Assembly: GCA_041492755.1 (NCBI GenBank)
Contig: JBGPXN010000030.1
Location: 1-36,993 of the forward strand
Direction: 5' to 3'
DNA length: 36,993 nucleotides
Source of the DNA: Candidatus Methylomirabilia bacterium
Lineage (GTDB): Bacteria; Methylomirabilota; Methylomirabilia; Rokubacteriales; CSP1-6
This document shows positions 1-8,169 of this stretch, in pieces. The translations under genes were made by a program, and so were the position numbers. Position 1 is the first letter of the stretch. Every line of letters starts with the position of its first letter. The notes under the pieces are model-generated. The model was not told where the DNA came from. It made no database searches and saw only the letters and a list, made by a program, of their open reading frames with translations.

Positions 1-1
1 A

Positions 2-598
2 CTCTTCGCCGGCGACGCTCGCGCCAACGGCGGCGCCGCGGAGTCCAAGCTTTGTCACCCCGTCCACGAGCTGCTGTAGCGCCAGGTCCGGGTACTGGAG
101 CGCGACCGAGGCAAAGGCGACGAAGCGGTCCGGGTACGTCCCGCAGAACTCGGCGAGCCGCTCGTTCTGGATTCTCACCACCTGGCCCGCGAGGTCGCGC
201 TCTGCCCGGTACCACTGCGGGTTGATGCTGAGCGCCTCCATGTCGATGCCCTGCGCGTCCATCTCGCGTAGGCGCCTCGGCCCCACCTCCCCGATCCCCG
301 GCCCCCGCTGGTCTTCCAGCGTCAGCCCCAGCAAGGCGAGCGCCTCGGGTATCACGCAGTGCGCGTGCACGTCGATCGTCTTCACGCGACGGCCGCCCAC
401 CACCACTTCGCGGCGACGGCCGGCCACCACCGCTTCGCGGCGTCGCGGGGCCGGTCTCGCTCGCTCCGTCCCTCGCGCGGCCGGCCGCGCCTGGACTCGA
501 GCCCCGGCCCGCGCAGCACCGAGCAGATCGCACCCGGTAAAGGCGATGCCAGCCATTGCGCCGGCCGTATTCCTGTTGAGCGCTTCGCGAATAGTCAT
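2..598 (-). CDS. Amidohydrolase_2 family protein (ACMSD/decarboxylase-like), 3'-truncated by window edge
   Basis: Manual translation MTIREALNRN...VKTIDVHAHC...MDAQGIDMEALSINP...QNERLAEFCGTYPDRFVAFASV; HxH metal motif; GGAG upstream of ATG 598. Not in the ORF track because its stop lies outside the window. Confidence 0.85.
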   Translation of the reverse strand, partial: MTIREALNRNTAGAMAGIAFTGCDLLGAARAGARVQARPAARGTERARPAPRRREAVVAGRRREVVVGGRRVKTIDVHAHCVIPEALALLGLTLEDQRGPGIGEVGPRRLREMDAQGIDMEALSINPQWYRAERDLAGQVVRIQNERLAEFCGTYPDRFVAFASVALQYPDLALQQLVDGVTKLGLRGAAVGASVAGEE

Positions 599-628
599 CG
601 TGTCTCCGTGGTCATCTCGCCCGTGATG

Positions 629-642
629 GATTGAAATCAATC
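629..642. promoter_or_regulatory. AT-rich inverted repeat GATTGA-AA-TCAATC, possible operator upstream of the amidohydrolase
   Basis: Perfect 6-bp arms about 30 nt upstream of the ATG at 598. Confidence 0.3.
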
Positions 643-700
643 ATTCGGCTTCGATCTCCGCCACGAGCTCTTCAGGCAACCGCACGGTGAGGGTCTTCAT
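641..700 (-). pseudogene. Truncated ribbon-helix-helix (CopG-like antitoxin) gene remnant
   Basis: MKTLTVRLPEELVAEIEAE* matches an RHH beta-strand plus helix A; TACACT -10 box 7 nt upstream (leaderless geometry). Confidence 0.6.
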
Positions 701-866
701 CTCGCGCAGTGTAATACGGCTCTGACGCGCGCGGCGTCCCCGAACTGCTCCGCACGCTGGCCGGTGATCGGCCGAAGGTAGTGGCGGTGAGGCGGTCGCG
801 CGCGTGTGTTATCCTCCCGCCGTCACCGCACAACCGTAGCGCGCTCCGCTGACTTCGGAGGCTGCC

Positions 867-2462
867 ATGAAGACGCCACGAGCCCTGCCGCTGGTCCTGC
901 TTACGCTCACTCTCACTCTCGTGACTACGCTGGCGGTGGCGCCGGCGCCGGCCTTCGAGCGCGTCGGCGACAAGAAGATCCTCGTCTTCGCCGGGCGCCA
1001 GGAAGTGCCCACGATCGACCCCAGCGTGAAGTACGACTGGTCGATCCGGATGATGCAGCAGGCGCTGTACGACGCGCTGGTGAAGTACGTCGGCAACCCG
1101 CCGGAGATCGTCCCCTGGCTGGCCGAGCGGTGGGAGGTGTCCGCCGACGCCCGGACGTGGACGTTCCACCTCGTGAAGAACGCGCGCTTCCACAACGGCG
1201 ACCCGGTGACGGCCGAGGCCGTGCGCTGGTCGTTCGCGCGCACGCTCAAGCTCAACCAGGGGCCGGCCTGGATGCTGTCGGACTTCCTCAAGGAGGACGG
1301 CATCAAGGTCGTGAACGAGCACACCATCCAGTTCACGCTCGGCCAGCCCTATGCGCCGTTCCTGTCGTTCGTGCCGTGGTGGTACGTGATGAACCCCAGG
1401 CAGGTGCTGGCCAACGAGCAGGGGGGCGACCTCGGTCAGAAGTGGCTGACGGACAACGCGGCCGGCAGCGGCCCCTTCAAGATCAAGCGCTGGCAGCAGG
1501 GGGTGCTCTACGAGATCGAAGCCGTCGAGAGCTACTGGAAGGGCTGGCCGTCGAAGGACCACGTGGGCGGCGTCATCCTCAAGCTGGTGCGCGAGTCGGC
1601 GGTCCAGCGGGCGGCGCTGCTGCGCGGCGAGGCGGACATCGTCGAGGGGCTCTCGGCCGACGACTACGACCAGGTGGCCAAGATGCCGGGCATCGCGGTG
1701 CCCAACTTCCCGGGCATGACGACGTTCGGCTTCAAGCTGAACACGCAGAAGGCGCCGACCAGCGACGCGAACCTCCGCAAGGCGATCGTGCACGCCTTCG
1801 ACTACGACGCGCTGCTCAAGATCTACAACGGCAACGCGGTGCTGCAGACCAGCCCGTTCCCCAACGCGACGCGCGGCCACATCGCCGTGCCGGGCTTCCC
1901 GCGTCAGGACCTGGCCCGCGCCAAGGAATTCCTGGCCAAGAGCGCCTACCCCAACGGCGGCATCGAGCTGGAGTACGTCTACGTCCAGGGGCTCGAGGAG
2001 GAGCGCAAGATGGGGCTCGTCCTCATCGACAACCTCGGGAAGCTGAACCTCAAGGTCAAGATGGTGCCGCTGACCTGGCCCAACATGGTGGCGCGTGGCT
2101 CGAAGGTGGAGTCCTCGCCCGACCTGCTGGCCGTGTTCACCACGCCGGTGTCGACCGATCCCGACGCGGTGGCGTACCAGTACCACAAGAACTCCTGGGG
2201 CAAGTACTACGGCTCCCACTTCTACCAGAACGCCGACGTCTGGGGCCTGATCGAGCGCGCTCGAACGCTGGCGAAGTGGGAGGAGCGGGCGCCGCTCTAC
2301 GCCGACATCCAGCGAAGGATCGCCGCCGACGCCCCCGAGGTGTTCGGCATGCTGGCCAACCGGCGGTGGGGGATGCGCGACCACGTGAAGGGCTTCGTGT
2401 TCAGCCCCGTCCGCTTCACGGGCGAGGTGGACCTCTACCCGCTGGCGATCGTCGCCAAGTGA
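867..2462 (+). CDS. Peptide/nickel ABC transporter substrate-binding protein (SBP family 5)
   Basis: Signal peptide; LYDALVKY, PWLAERWEVS, FHNGDPVTAEAVRWS and GSGPFK motifs; GGAGG RBS. Confidence 0.93.
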   Translation: MKTPRALPLVLLTLTLTLVTTLAVAPAPAFERVGDKKILVFAGRQEVPTIDPSVKYDWSIRMMQQALYDALVKYVGNPPEIVPWLAERWEVSADARTWTFHLVKNARFHNGDPVTAEAVRWSFARTLKLNQGPAWMLSDFLKEDGIKVVNEHTIQFTLGQPYAPFLSFVPWWYVMNPRQVLANEQGGDLGQKWLTDNAAGSGPFKIKRWQQGVLYEIEAVESYWKGWPSKDHVGGVILKLVRESAVQRAALLRGEADIVEGLSADDYDQVAKMPGIAVPNFPGMTTFGFKLNTQKAPTSDANLRKAIVHAFDYDALLKIYNGNAVLQTSPFPNATRGHIAVPGFPRQDLARAKEFLAKSAYPNGGIELEYVYVQGLEEERKMGLVLIDNLGKLNLKVKMVPLTWPNMVARGSKVESSPDLLAVFTTPVSTDPDAVAYQYHKNSWGKYYGSHFYQNADVWGLIERARTLAKWEERAPLYADIQRRIAADAPEVFGMLANRRWGMRDHVKGFVFSPVRFTGEVDLYPLAIVAK

Positions 2463-2475
2463 GGGCCGACCTCCG

Positions 2476-3492
2476 CTGACGCAGTATCTGCTCAGGCGCC
2501 TGGCCTTCCTGGGCCTGATGCTGTTCGGGCTCCTGTGCCTGACGTTTGCGATCTCGCACGTGGTGCCCGGCGACCCCGCGCGGCTGGCCGCCGGTCCCGA
2601 CGCCAACGAGTCGATGGTGCAGACGCTGCGCGCGAAGTACGGCCTCGACCGCCCGCTCGGCGTGCAGTTCGTGCGCTATCTCGGCGGCGTGGCCACCGGT
2701 GACCTCGGCCAGTCGCTGCGCAGCCGTAACGCCGTCCTCGACGACCTGCTCCGCTACTTCCCCAACACGTTCGAGCTGGTCACCCTGGCGCTGCTGCTGG
2801 CGGTCGTCGTCGGGGTCCCCCTCGGCATGCTGTCGGCGGTCTATCAGAACACGTGGATCGACCACGTGACGCGCGTGGTGTCGGTCTCCGGGGTGGCGCT
2901 GCCAGCGTTCTGGCTCGGCTTGATGCTCCAGCTCCTGGTCGCGCTTCACCTCGGCTGGCTGCCGCTGGGCGGGCGGCTCGGCCTCACGGCGGCGCCACCG
3001 GGCCCCATCACGCACCTGCTCTTCGTCGACGCGCTGCTTCGCGGGGAATGGCGAACCTTCGCCGACGCCGCCGCCCACGCGGTGCTGCCGGTCGTCACGC
3101 TGTGCTTCCCGGCGCTGGCCTCGATCATGCGCGTGAACCGGGCCGAGATGCTGGAGACACTTCGGCAGGACTACATCGTCACCGCGCGGGCCCAGGGCTT
3201 CTCGGGCTTCCGCGTCGTGACGCGCTACGCGCTCCGCAACGCGATGATCCCCACGCTCACGATGATCGGCCTGCGCTACGGCTGGATGCTCGGCGGCACC
3301 GTCCTGGTGGAGACGGTCTTCGACTGGCCCGGCATCGGTCTCTACGCGGTCAACGCCGCCGTCTCCTCCGACTTCCAGCCGATCATGGGCGTGACGCTCG
3401 TGATCGGCCTCAACTTCATGCTGGCCAACTTGCTGGTCGACCTCGCCTACGGCTGGCTCGACCCGCGCATCCGCCGGGCGAGCGTCAGGTGA
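2476..3492 (+). CDS. Peptide ABC transporter permease (DppB/OppB-like), probable CTG start
   Basis: PGDPA, YGLDRP, GDLGQS and DYIVTARAQG (EAA) motifs. The in-frame extension to CTG 2476 gives the typical xxYLLRRL N-terminus; the ORF track starts at 2518. Confidence 0.9.
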   Translation: MTQYLLRRLAFLGLMLFGLLCLTFAISHVVPGDPARLAAGPDANESMVQTLRAKYGLDRPLGVQFVRYLGGVATGDLGQSLRSRNAVLDDLLRYFPNTFELVTLALLLAVVVGVPLGMLSAVYQNTWIDHVTRVVSVSGVALPAFWLGLMLQLLVALHLGWLPLGGRLGLTAAPPGPITHLLFVDALLRGEWRTFADAAAHAVLPVVTLCFPALASIMRVNRAEMLETLRQDYIVTARAQGFSGFRVVTRYALRNAMIPTLTMIGLRYGWMLGGTVLVETVFDWPGIGLYAVNAAVSSDFQPIMGVTLVIGLNFMLANLLVDLAYGWLDPRIRRASVR

Positions 3493-3534
3493 GCGCACGC
3501 TGCGCGACTTGGGCATCTGCCAGAGGAGCGTGAC

Positions 3535-4434
3535 GTGAGCGCACGCGTTCTGTCGCTGGAACAGCCGGCCGAGCGCTTGGGCGCGTCGCGCGAGCTCCGG
3601 CGCTATGTCCGTGCTTACGCGCGGAGCGCCTCATCGATGGCCGGGCTCGTCATCGTGGCCGTCTTCGTGGTGGTGGCGGGGATCGGCCCGTGGATCGTGC
3701 CCTACCCGGAGGATGCGCGCGGCGCGGTCCACCTCGAGCGCAAGCTGCAGCCGCCGAGCGCGGCCCACTGGCTCGGCACCGACGAGGTCGGCAACGACGT
3801 CTACACCCGGGTGATCCTGGGCGCGCGGGTGTCGCTGCAGATCGGTCTCATCATCACGGTCGTGGCCGCGCTCCTCGGCGTGCCGCTGGGCATCGTGGCC
3901 GGCCACGTGGGCGGCCGGGTCGGAGAGACGATCATGCGGGTGACCGACGTGTTCCTGTCGGTACCGGCGCTCGTGCTGGCCCTCGCGGTGGTCGGCGCGC
4001 TGGGCCCGAGCATCCTCAACGCGATGATCGCGCTGTCGCTGGTGTGGTGGCCCGGCTACGTCCGGCTCGTGCAGGCGAAGACGCTCGCGCTCGGGCAGGA
4101 GACGTTCGTGGAGGCGGCGCGCGCCAGCGGCGCCGGCCGGCTGCGCATCGTGCTCGTACATCTGCTGCCCAACTGCGTGTCACCGATCGTGGTGAAGGGG
4201 AGCATGGACATGGGTGCTGCCATCCTGGCCGCCGCCAGCCTGGGCTTCATCGGCCTCGGCGCCCAGCCGCCCTACCCGGAGTGGGGCGCCATGATCAGCC
4301 ACGGCCGCAATTACCTGCCCACGTGGTGGTGGTACTCGGCTTTCCCCGGGCTGGCGATCTACCTCACCGTGCTCGGCTTCAATCTCGTGGGCGACGGCCT
4401 GCGCGACCTGCTCGATCCCAAGAGCCTCGCATAA
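3535..4434 (+). CDS. Peptide ABC transporter permease (DppC/OppC-like)
   Basis: HWLGTDEVGNDVYTRVILGARVSL, FVEAARASGA and PEWGAMI motifs. Confidence 0.93.
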   Translation: MSARVLSLEQPAERLGASRELRRYVRAYARSASSMAGLVIVAVFVVVAGIGPWIVPYPEDARGAVHLERKLQPPSAAHWLGTDEVGNDVYTRVILGARVSLQIGLIITVVAALLGVPLGIVAGHVGGRVGETIMRVTDVFLSVPALVLALAVVGALGPSILNAMIALSLVWWPGYVRLVQAKTLALGQETFVEAARASGAGRLRIVLVHLLPNCVSPIVVKGSMDMGAAILAAASLGFIGLGAQPPYPEWGAMISHGRNYLPTWWWYSAFPGLAIYLTVLGFNLVGDGLRDLLDPKSLA

Positions 4435-4490
4435 GTCGGAGGGGCCCCCCGGGACATGAGCGATTGCACCGGCAAAGCCGGCGCTCGAAA
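4432..4490 (-). repeat. REP-like palindromic repeat, copy A
   Basis: Reverse complement TTCGAGCGCCGGC-TTT-GCCGGTGCAATC...CCCCTCCGACTTA resembles the copies at 20820 and 25505; lies between convergent genes. Confidence 0.7.
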
Positions 4491-4500
4491 TGGCGGACCG

Positions 4501-5193
4501 TCAGCCGCCGCAGGCCTCGGCGATGACGCGGGCCACGAGGAGATTGGCCAGCAGCACGGGCACGCCGGTCAGCCCGCGCAACTCGTCGCGGGTCTTGCGG
4601 CGGAAGCCCATGCAGTCCATCACCACGAGGCCGGCCCCGCCGGCGCGCATCGCGTCGGCGGCGCGGCGTAGCGCGACCGCGTCCTCCTCCTCGTAGGGGG
4701 AGAGCGGCGCCACGACGGGGTCGAAGCCGTCGCGCCGCCACCGCGCCTCGGTCTGCGGCACGTGCGGCACTGACGGGGTGAGGACGCCGAGTCGGCCGGG
4801 CCAGGACATCCCGCGCAGCGTGCCCAGCAGCACCGGGTGAGGCTGAATCAGCGGCCGGGTGGCGCGCAGCCTCGGAAAGGCCCCCGTGCACAGCAGCGCC
4901 GTCAGCGTCGCGCCCCCGCGCTCCAGCGCGGCGATGCGCTGCTCGACCAGGCCGACGATCTTCTGCTTGCCGAGGAAGACGGCCGAACCATCCGTCAGCC
5001 GCGTGACCAGGATCTCGTCGTGGCCGGTGGGCGCCAGCGCCTCGATCTCCGAGCGTCCGAGGCCGTCCAGCGCGCCCGCTTCGCGGACGTCGACCCCGGG
5101 GCCGATCACGGCGGCCATCTCGGGGACGACGTCCGAGCGTGGGGACTGGCCGATCGTGACAAGCCCGACCACCGAATCGAGCGCATTCGTCAT
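4501..5193 (-). CDS. aroM: AroM family protein
   Basis: [31 protein letters not shown] and VVMDCMGF motifs; TAAGGT -10 box 7 nt before ATG 5193. Confidence 0.88.
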   Translation of the reverse strand: MTNALDSVVGLVTIGQSPRSDVVPEMAAVIGPGVDVREAGALDGLGRSEIEALAPTGHDEILVTRLTDGSAVFLGKQKIVGLVEQRIAALERGGATLTALLCTGAFPRLRATRPLIQPHPVLLGTLRGMSWPGRLGVLTPSVPHVPQTEARWRRDGFDPVVAPLSPYEEEDAVALRRAADAMRAGGAGLVVMDCMGFRRKTRDELRGLTGVPVLLANLLVARVIAEACGG

Positions 5194-5237
5194 GGGCGTC
5201 ACCTTACACCACGTGCAGGCAGGAACGGGTCGCGGGC

Positions 5238-5384
5238 GACCTGCTCGAAGACGGCTCCGACATCCGCACCGTGGAAGAACTCCTCGGCCACCACGACGTC
5301 GCGACCACGATGATCTACACCCACGTCTTCAACCGGGGCCCGGCCGCGGTGCGCAGCCCGGCCGACTCGACGCTCGGCCCGTAG
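5238..5384 (+). pseudogene. intI: Integron integrase C-terminal remnant
   Basis: Translates to [48 protein letters not shown], with tyrosine-recombinase LGH and catalytic Y plus the IntI-typical YTHVxNRG..VRSP tail; the N-terminal part is missing. Confidence 0.88.
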
Positions 5385-5520
5385 ACACGCACGCATGGGC
5401 CCTCGACTGGTCCTCCGCCCCGCCGTGCTATCCCGCGCGCCGGCGGGAGGAGAAGGCGACCGGCTCGCAACCGCGCGCCACCACAGGGGCGGCCGGCCGG
5501 CGGGCCCTTCCGGCGTGGCA

Positions 5521-5584
5521 TGCTAGACTGCGCCGCCCGCGGCGTCGGGCGTGCTCCTCAGTTGTGGCGAATAGAAAGTTGGGC
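5521..5584 (+). other. Candidate attI site (crossover G|TTGGGC at 5578) with a possible extended -10 (TGcTAGACT, 5521-5529) upstream
   Basis: GTTRRRY core downstream of the intI 3' end after an A-rich spacer; the bases after it partly complement the left arm of the attC at 6367-6376. Confidence 0.45.
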
Positions 5585-5657
5585 GGTCCTGCGACGGCGC
5601 CCCTGACGTATCAGTGAACGGGCCGGGCCCCTGCCAAGAAGCGTCGTTGGGGGCTGG

Positions 5658-5686
5658 TTGCGGTCGGGCATTAGCCTGTGTATGGT
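5658..5686 (+). promoter_or_regulatory. Sigma70-like leaderless promoter of the TA pair
   Basis: TTGCGG-N17-TATGGT, 6 nt before ATG 5693. Confidence 0.6.
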
Positions 5687-5692
5687 GAACGT

Positions 5693-5920
5693 ATGGCGCG
5701 CTTAATTTCGACGACGGTTCGGCTCGAAGAGGAGGATGTCCGAGCTTTGCAGAGAGCCCGAGCGGCGGGCCACTCCGCCTCGGCCCTTATTCGCAAGGGT
5801 CTTAGGGTGGTGGCGTCCCGCTATTACACCGGCCGCCGCCCGCCCTCTACACGCCTCTTCGAGTCGACGTACAACAAACTCGGCGATGAATCTGAACTCT
5901 TTCGAGATCTCGAGGCTTGA
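5693..5920 (+). CDS. Antitoxin (RHH/CopG-like, VapB-type)
   Basis: MARLISTTVRLEEED...SASALIRKGL; small gene overlapping the PIN toxin start (TTGA). Confidence 0.75.
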   Translation: MARLISTTVRLEEEDVRALQRARAAGHSASALIRKGLRVVASRYYTGRRPPSTRLFESTYNKLGDESELFRDLEA

Positions 5921-6348
5921 GTCCGCCGATCGTCGCAGACACCGGAGGGCTTCTCCGCGGCCTCGCCAGTACAAGAGCCGGCAAGCCGAGTTTTCCTGAG
6001 TACGAGAAGGTCCTGACGTCCGCGAGTCTGGTTATCGTGCCCGGGCTCGTTCTAGCCGAGGTGGACTACTTTCTCCGGGAGAACAGGGTCGCCATGCGGA
6101 AACTCGTAGCTGAGATTTTCGATCCGGCGACACGGTACGAGTATGAGCTGCCGCTACCCTCCGACGTCGTTCGTGCCCTCGAACTCGATGCGAGATTCGC
6201 GACGCTCAACCTGGGGCTCGTCGACGGCACAGTCGTCGCTGTAGCTGAGCGACGGCACATCTACCGGGTGCTGACGACGGATCGTCGCGATTTTGCCGCC
6301 ATCCGTGTCGGTCCCCGTCTTACGCGAGCGCTCGAACTGCTGCCATGA
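5917..6348 (+). CDS. vapC: PIN-domain toxin (VapC family)
   Basis: IVADTGG, VLAEVDY, LGLVDG and LTTDRRDF supply the acidic PIN residues; TTG start. Confidence 0.88.
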   Translation: MSPPIVADTGGLLRGLASTRAGKPSFPEYEKVLTSASLVIVPGLVLAEVDYFLRENRVAMRKLVAEIFDPATRYEYELPLPSDVVRALELDARFATLNLGLVDGTVVAVAERRHIYRVLTTDRRDFAAIRVGPRLTRALELLP

Positions 6349-6369
6349 CGGCGGCGAGAATAAAATGCC

Positions 6370-6426
6370 GCCGACCAAAGGCGTGAGCGGGCGCGCTCCG
6401 CGCGCCGCTCAGCCTGACCGTTCGCC
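6370..6426 (+). other. attC site (degenerate)
   Basis: R'' GCCGACC; L'' GGCgTGAGC pairing with L' GCTCAGCC (extra G); central hairpin; R' GTTCGCC; directly after the vapC stop. Confidence 0.65.
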
Positions 6427-6492
6427 GCACAGGCGGAGGGACAGCGCGTGACGGACAGCCGTGGTAGGCGTCGTCAAGGGTATCGCCAGATC

Positions 6493-6585
6493 TTTGAGTT
6501 CGTGATCAACATGAAGACGGCGAGGGCGCTCGGCCTGACGATCCCGCCGTCGCTGCTCCTGCGGGCGGATCAGCTCGGCGAATGA
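6493..6585 (+). pseudogene. C-terminal fragment of an ABC_sub_bind substrate-binding protein (copy 1)
   Basis: [30 protein letters not shown]. Confidence 0.85.
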
Positions 6586-6783
6586 TCGATCCCTATCGTC
6601 ACGACTTGTTCAGGCGGTCCGCCACTTACGTGGATACGATCCTCAGAGGCGCCAAGCCCGGCGACCTCCCCGTCGAGCAGCCGACCCAAGTTCGAGCTGG
6701 TCATCAACCGCAGGACGGCGAAGGAGCTCGGGCTGACGATCCCTCAGTCGCTGCTGCTGCGGGCGGATCGGGTCAGCGAATGA
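6582..6783 (+). pseudogene. Internally deleted, frameshifted ABC_sub_bind fragment (copy 2)
   Basis: MI...DLFRRSATYVDTILRGAKPGDLPVEQPT, then +1 C at about 6687, then KFELVINRRTAKELGLTIPQSLLLRADRVSE*. Confidence 0.85.
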
Positions 6784-7768
6784 TCTCGCGTCGCGCGTTC
6801 GTCGGGGCAGTCGCGGTGGGGGTTGTGGCCGTGCCGCTGGCCGCCGAGGCGCAGCAGTCTCCGAAGGTCCCCCGGATAGGATTCCTAAGTGCTGCCTCCC
6901 CTTCGGCTATCGCGGCCCGCACCGAAGCGTTCCGCCAAGGTCTGCGCGAGCTTGGGTATGTGGAGGGGAAAACCATTGTCATCGAGTCTCGACATGTACT
7001 CGGAAAACTAGATCGTCTGAGTGAGCTTGCGGCCGACCTCGTGCGTCTCAAGGTTGACGTCATCGTCACGACCGGTCCGACATCAACCCGTGCTGCCAAG
7101 GAAGCAAGTTCTACGATTCCCATTGTCATGGCGTTTGATAGCGACCCTGTTGGCTCGGGGGTTGTCGCCAACCTTGCCCGACCCGGCGGGAACATTACTG
7201 GATTGTCCATGCTGGCGCCGGAGATAAGCGGAAAACAACTGGAGCTTCTGAAGGAGATCGTTCCCAGGCTCTCCCGCGTGGCCGTCCTTGGGACTTCGAG
7301 CCAACCGGGCAACGCACAAGCGTTGAGAGAAGTGGGAGTCGCCGCAGGAGCCCTCGGGGCGCAGCTTCAATACCTGGACGTAGAAGGTCTCAAGGATATT
7401 GAGACTGCATTCCGAGCCGCTATCAAAGGGCGCGTGCTGACGCAGTCGTCGTGCTGCCGAGCCCCATCCTCAATTCTCATCGAACAAAGGTTGCAGAACT
7501 CGCGATAAAGAGCCGGCTCCCGGCGATATACCCCTGGCCGGAATTTGTGCAAGACGGCGGGCTCATGAGCTACGGCGTGAGCATTGCCGATTTGTTCCGG
7601 CGCGCCGCCGGCTACGTGGATAAGATCTTGAAAGGCGTCAAGCCCGCTGATCTCCCCGTGGAGCAGCCCACGAAGTTTGAGCTGGTCATTAACGTGAAGA
7701 CCGCGAAGGCGCTCGGCCTGACGATCCCGCAATCGCTGCTGCTTCGGGCGGATCAAGTTGGACACTAG
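6780..7768 (+). pseudogene. Full-length ABC_sub_bind substrate-binding protein with a frameshift (copy 3)
   Basis: MISRRAFV Tat-like leader; NLARPGGNITGLS; 2-nt shift at about 7431-7436 (GGGCGCGTGCTGAC, expected GRADAVVVL); GGLMSYG and PVEQPTKFELVIN in the second frame. Confidence 0.85.
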
Positions 7769-7838
7769 GCCACGAAGGTGCGGTCGACCGAGCGGCACCC
7801 TCATTCTTGGATTCCAACCCTCGAGGGGTCAGCAGGGC

Positions 7839-7910
7839 GTCGAACTTCGTGCTCCAGCGGCCCGGGGGCTCGCGTTGCTCGCCCTCCGGCCGCTGAGCGC
7901 GGCGTTCGCG
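7839..7910 (+). other. attC site
   Basis: R'' GTCGAAC, 5 nt, L'' GCTCCAGC, paired central stem, L' GCTGAGC, 5 nt, R' GTTCGCG; L'' carries one extra base. Confidence 0.85.
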
Positions 7911-7947
7911 GGACAATAGTGGCCCACCGGAATGGTAGGATCGGCGC

Positions 7948-8169
7948 ACAAGGTCGGCGCGAGAGCTGTTTGAAGAGGCGATGAGACTTGATCCGGAGGA
8001 GCGCGCGACGCTGATGCGGCTTCTGATCGAGACCCTGGACGCCGAGTCTGAGGAAGGCGTCGAAGACGCGTGGCGGGTCGAGATCGAGCGCCGCATGGCG
8101 GAGTTGGACTCGGGCGCAGTCGAAGCGGCTCCCTGGGAAGAGCTTAGAGCGCGGCTGTACCGGCGCTGA
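7948..8169 (+). CDS. Putative addiction-module antitoxin component (TIGR02574-like); native start probably lost, no cognate toxin
   Basis: TRSARELFEEAMRLDPEERATL...VEDAWRVEIERRMAELDSGAVEAAPWEELRARL; first ATG is at 7981; extended -10 TGgTAGGAT points to a start near 7948. Confidence 0.75.
   Translation, partial: TRSARELFEEAMRLDPEERATLMRLLIETLDAESEEGVEDAWRVEIERRMAELDSGAVEAAPWEELRARLYRR

Noticed and set aside
672..2606. Long antisense ORFs (e.g. 672-2606, 15873-17651, 23478-25907, 27052-28698, 33974-35698)
   Set aside because: They are shadows of well-supported genes on the opposite strand in high-GC DNA and show no family motifs
6582..7508. The 308-aa ORF as a genuine fusion or circularly permuted protein
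   Set aside because: It arises from two frameshifts joining pieces of separate paralogues
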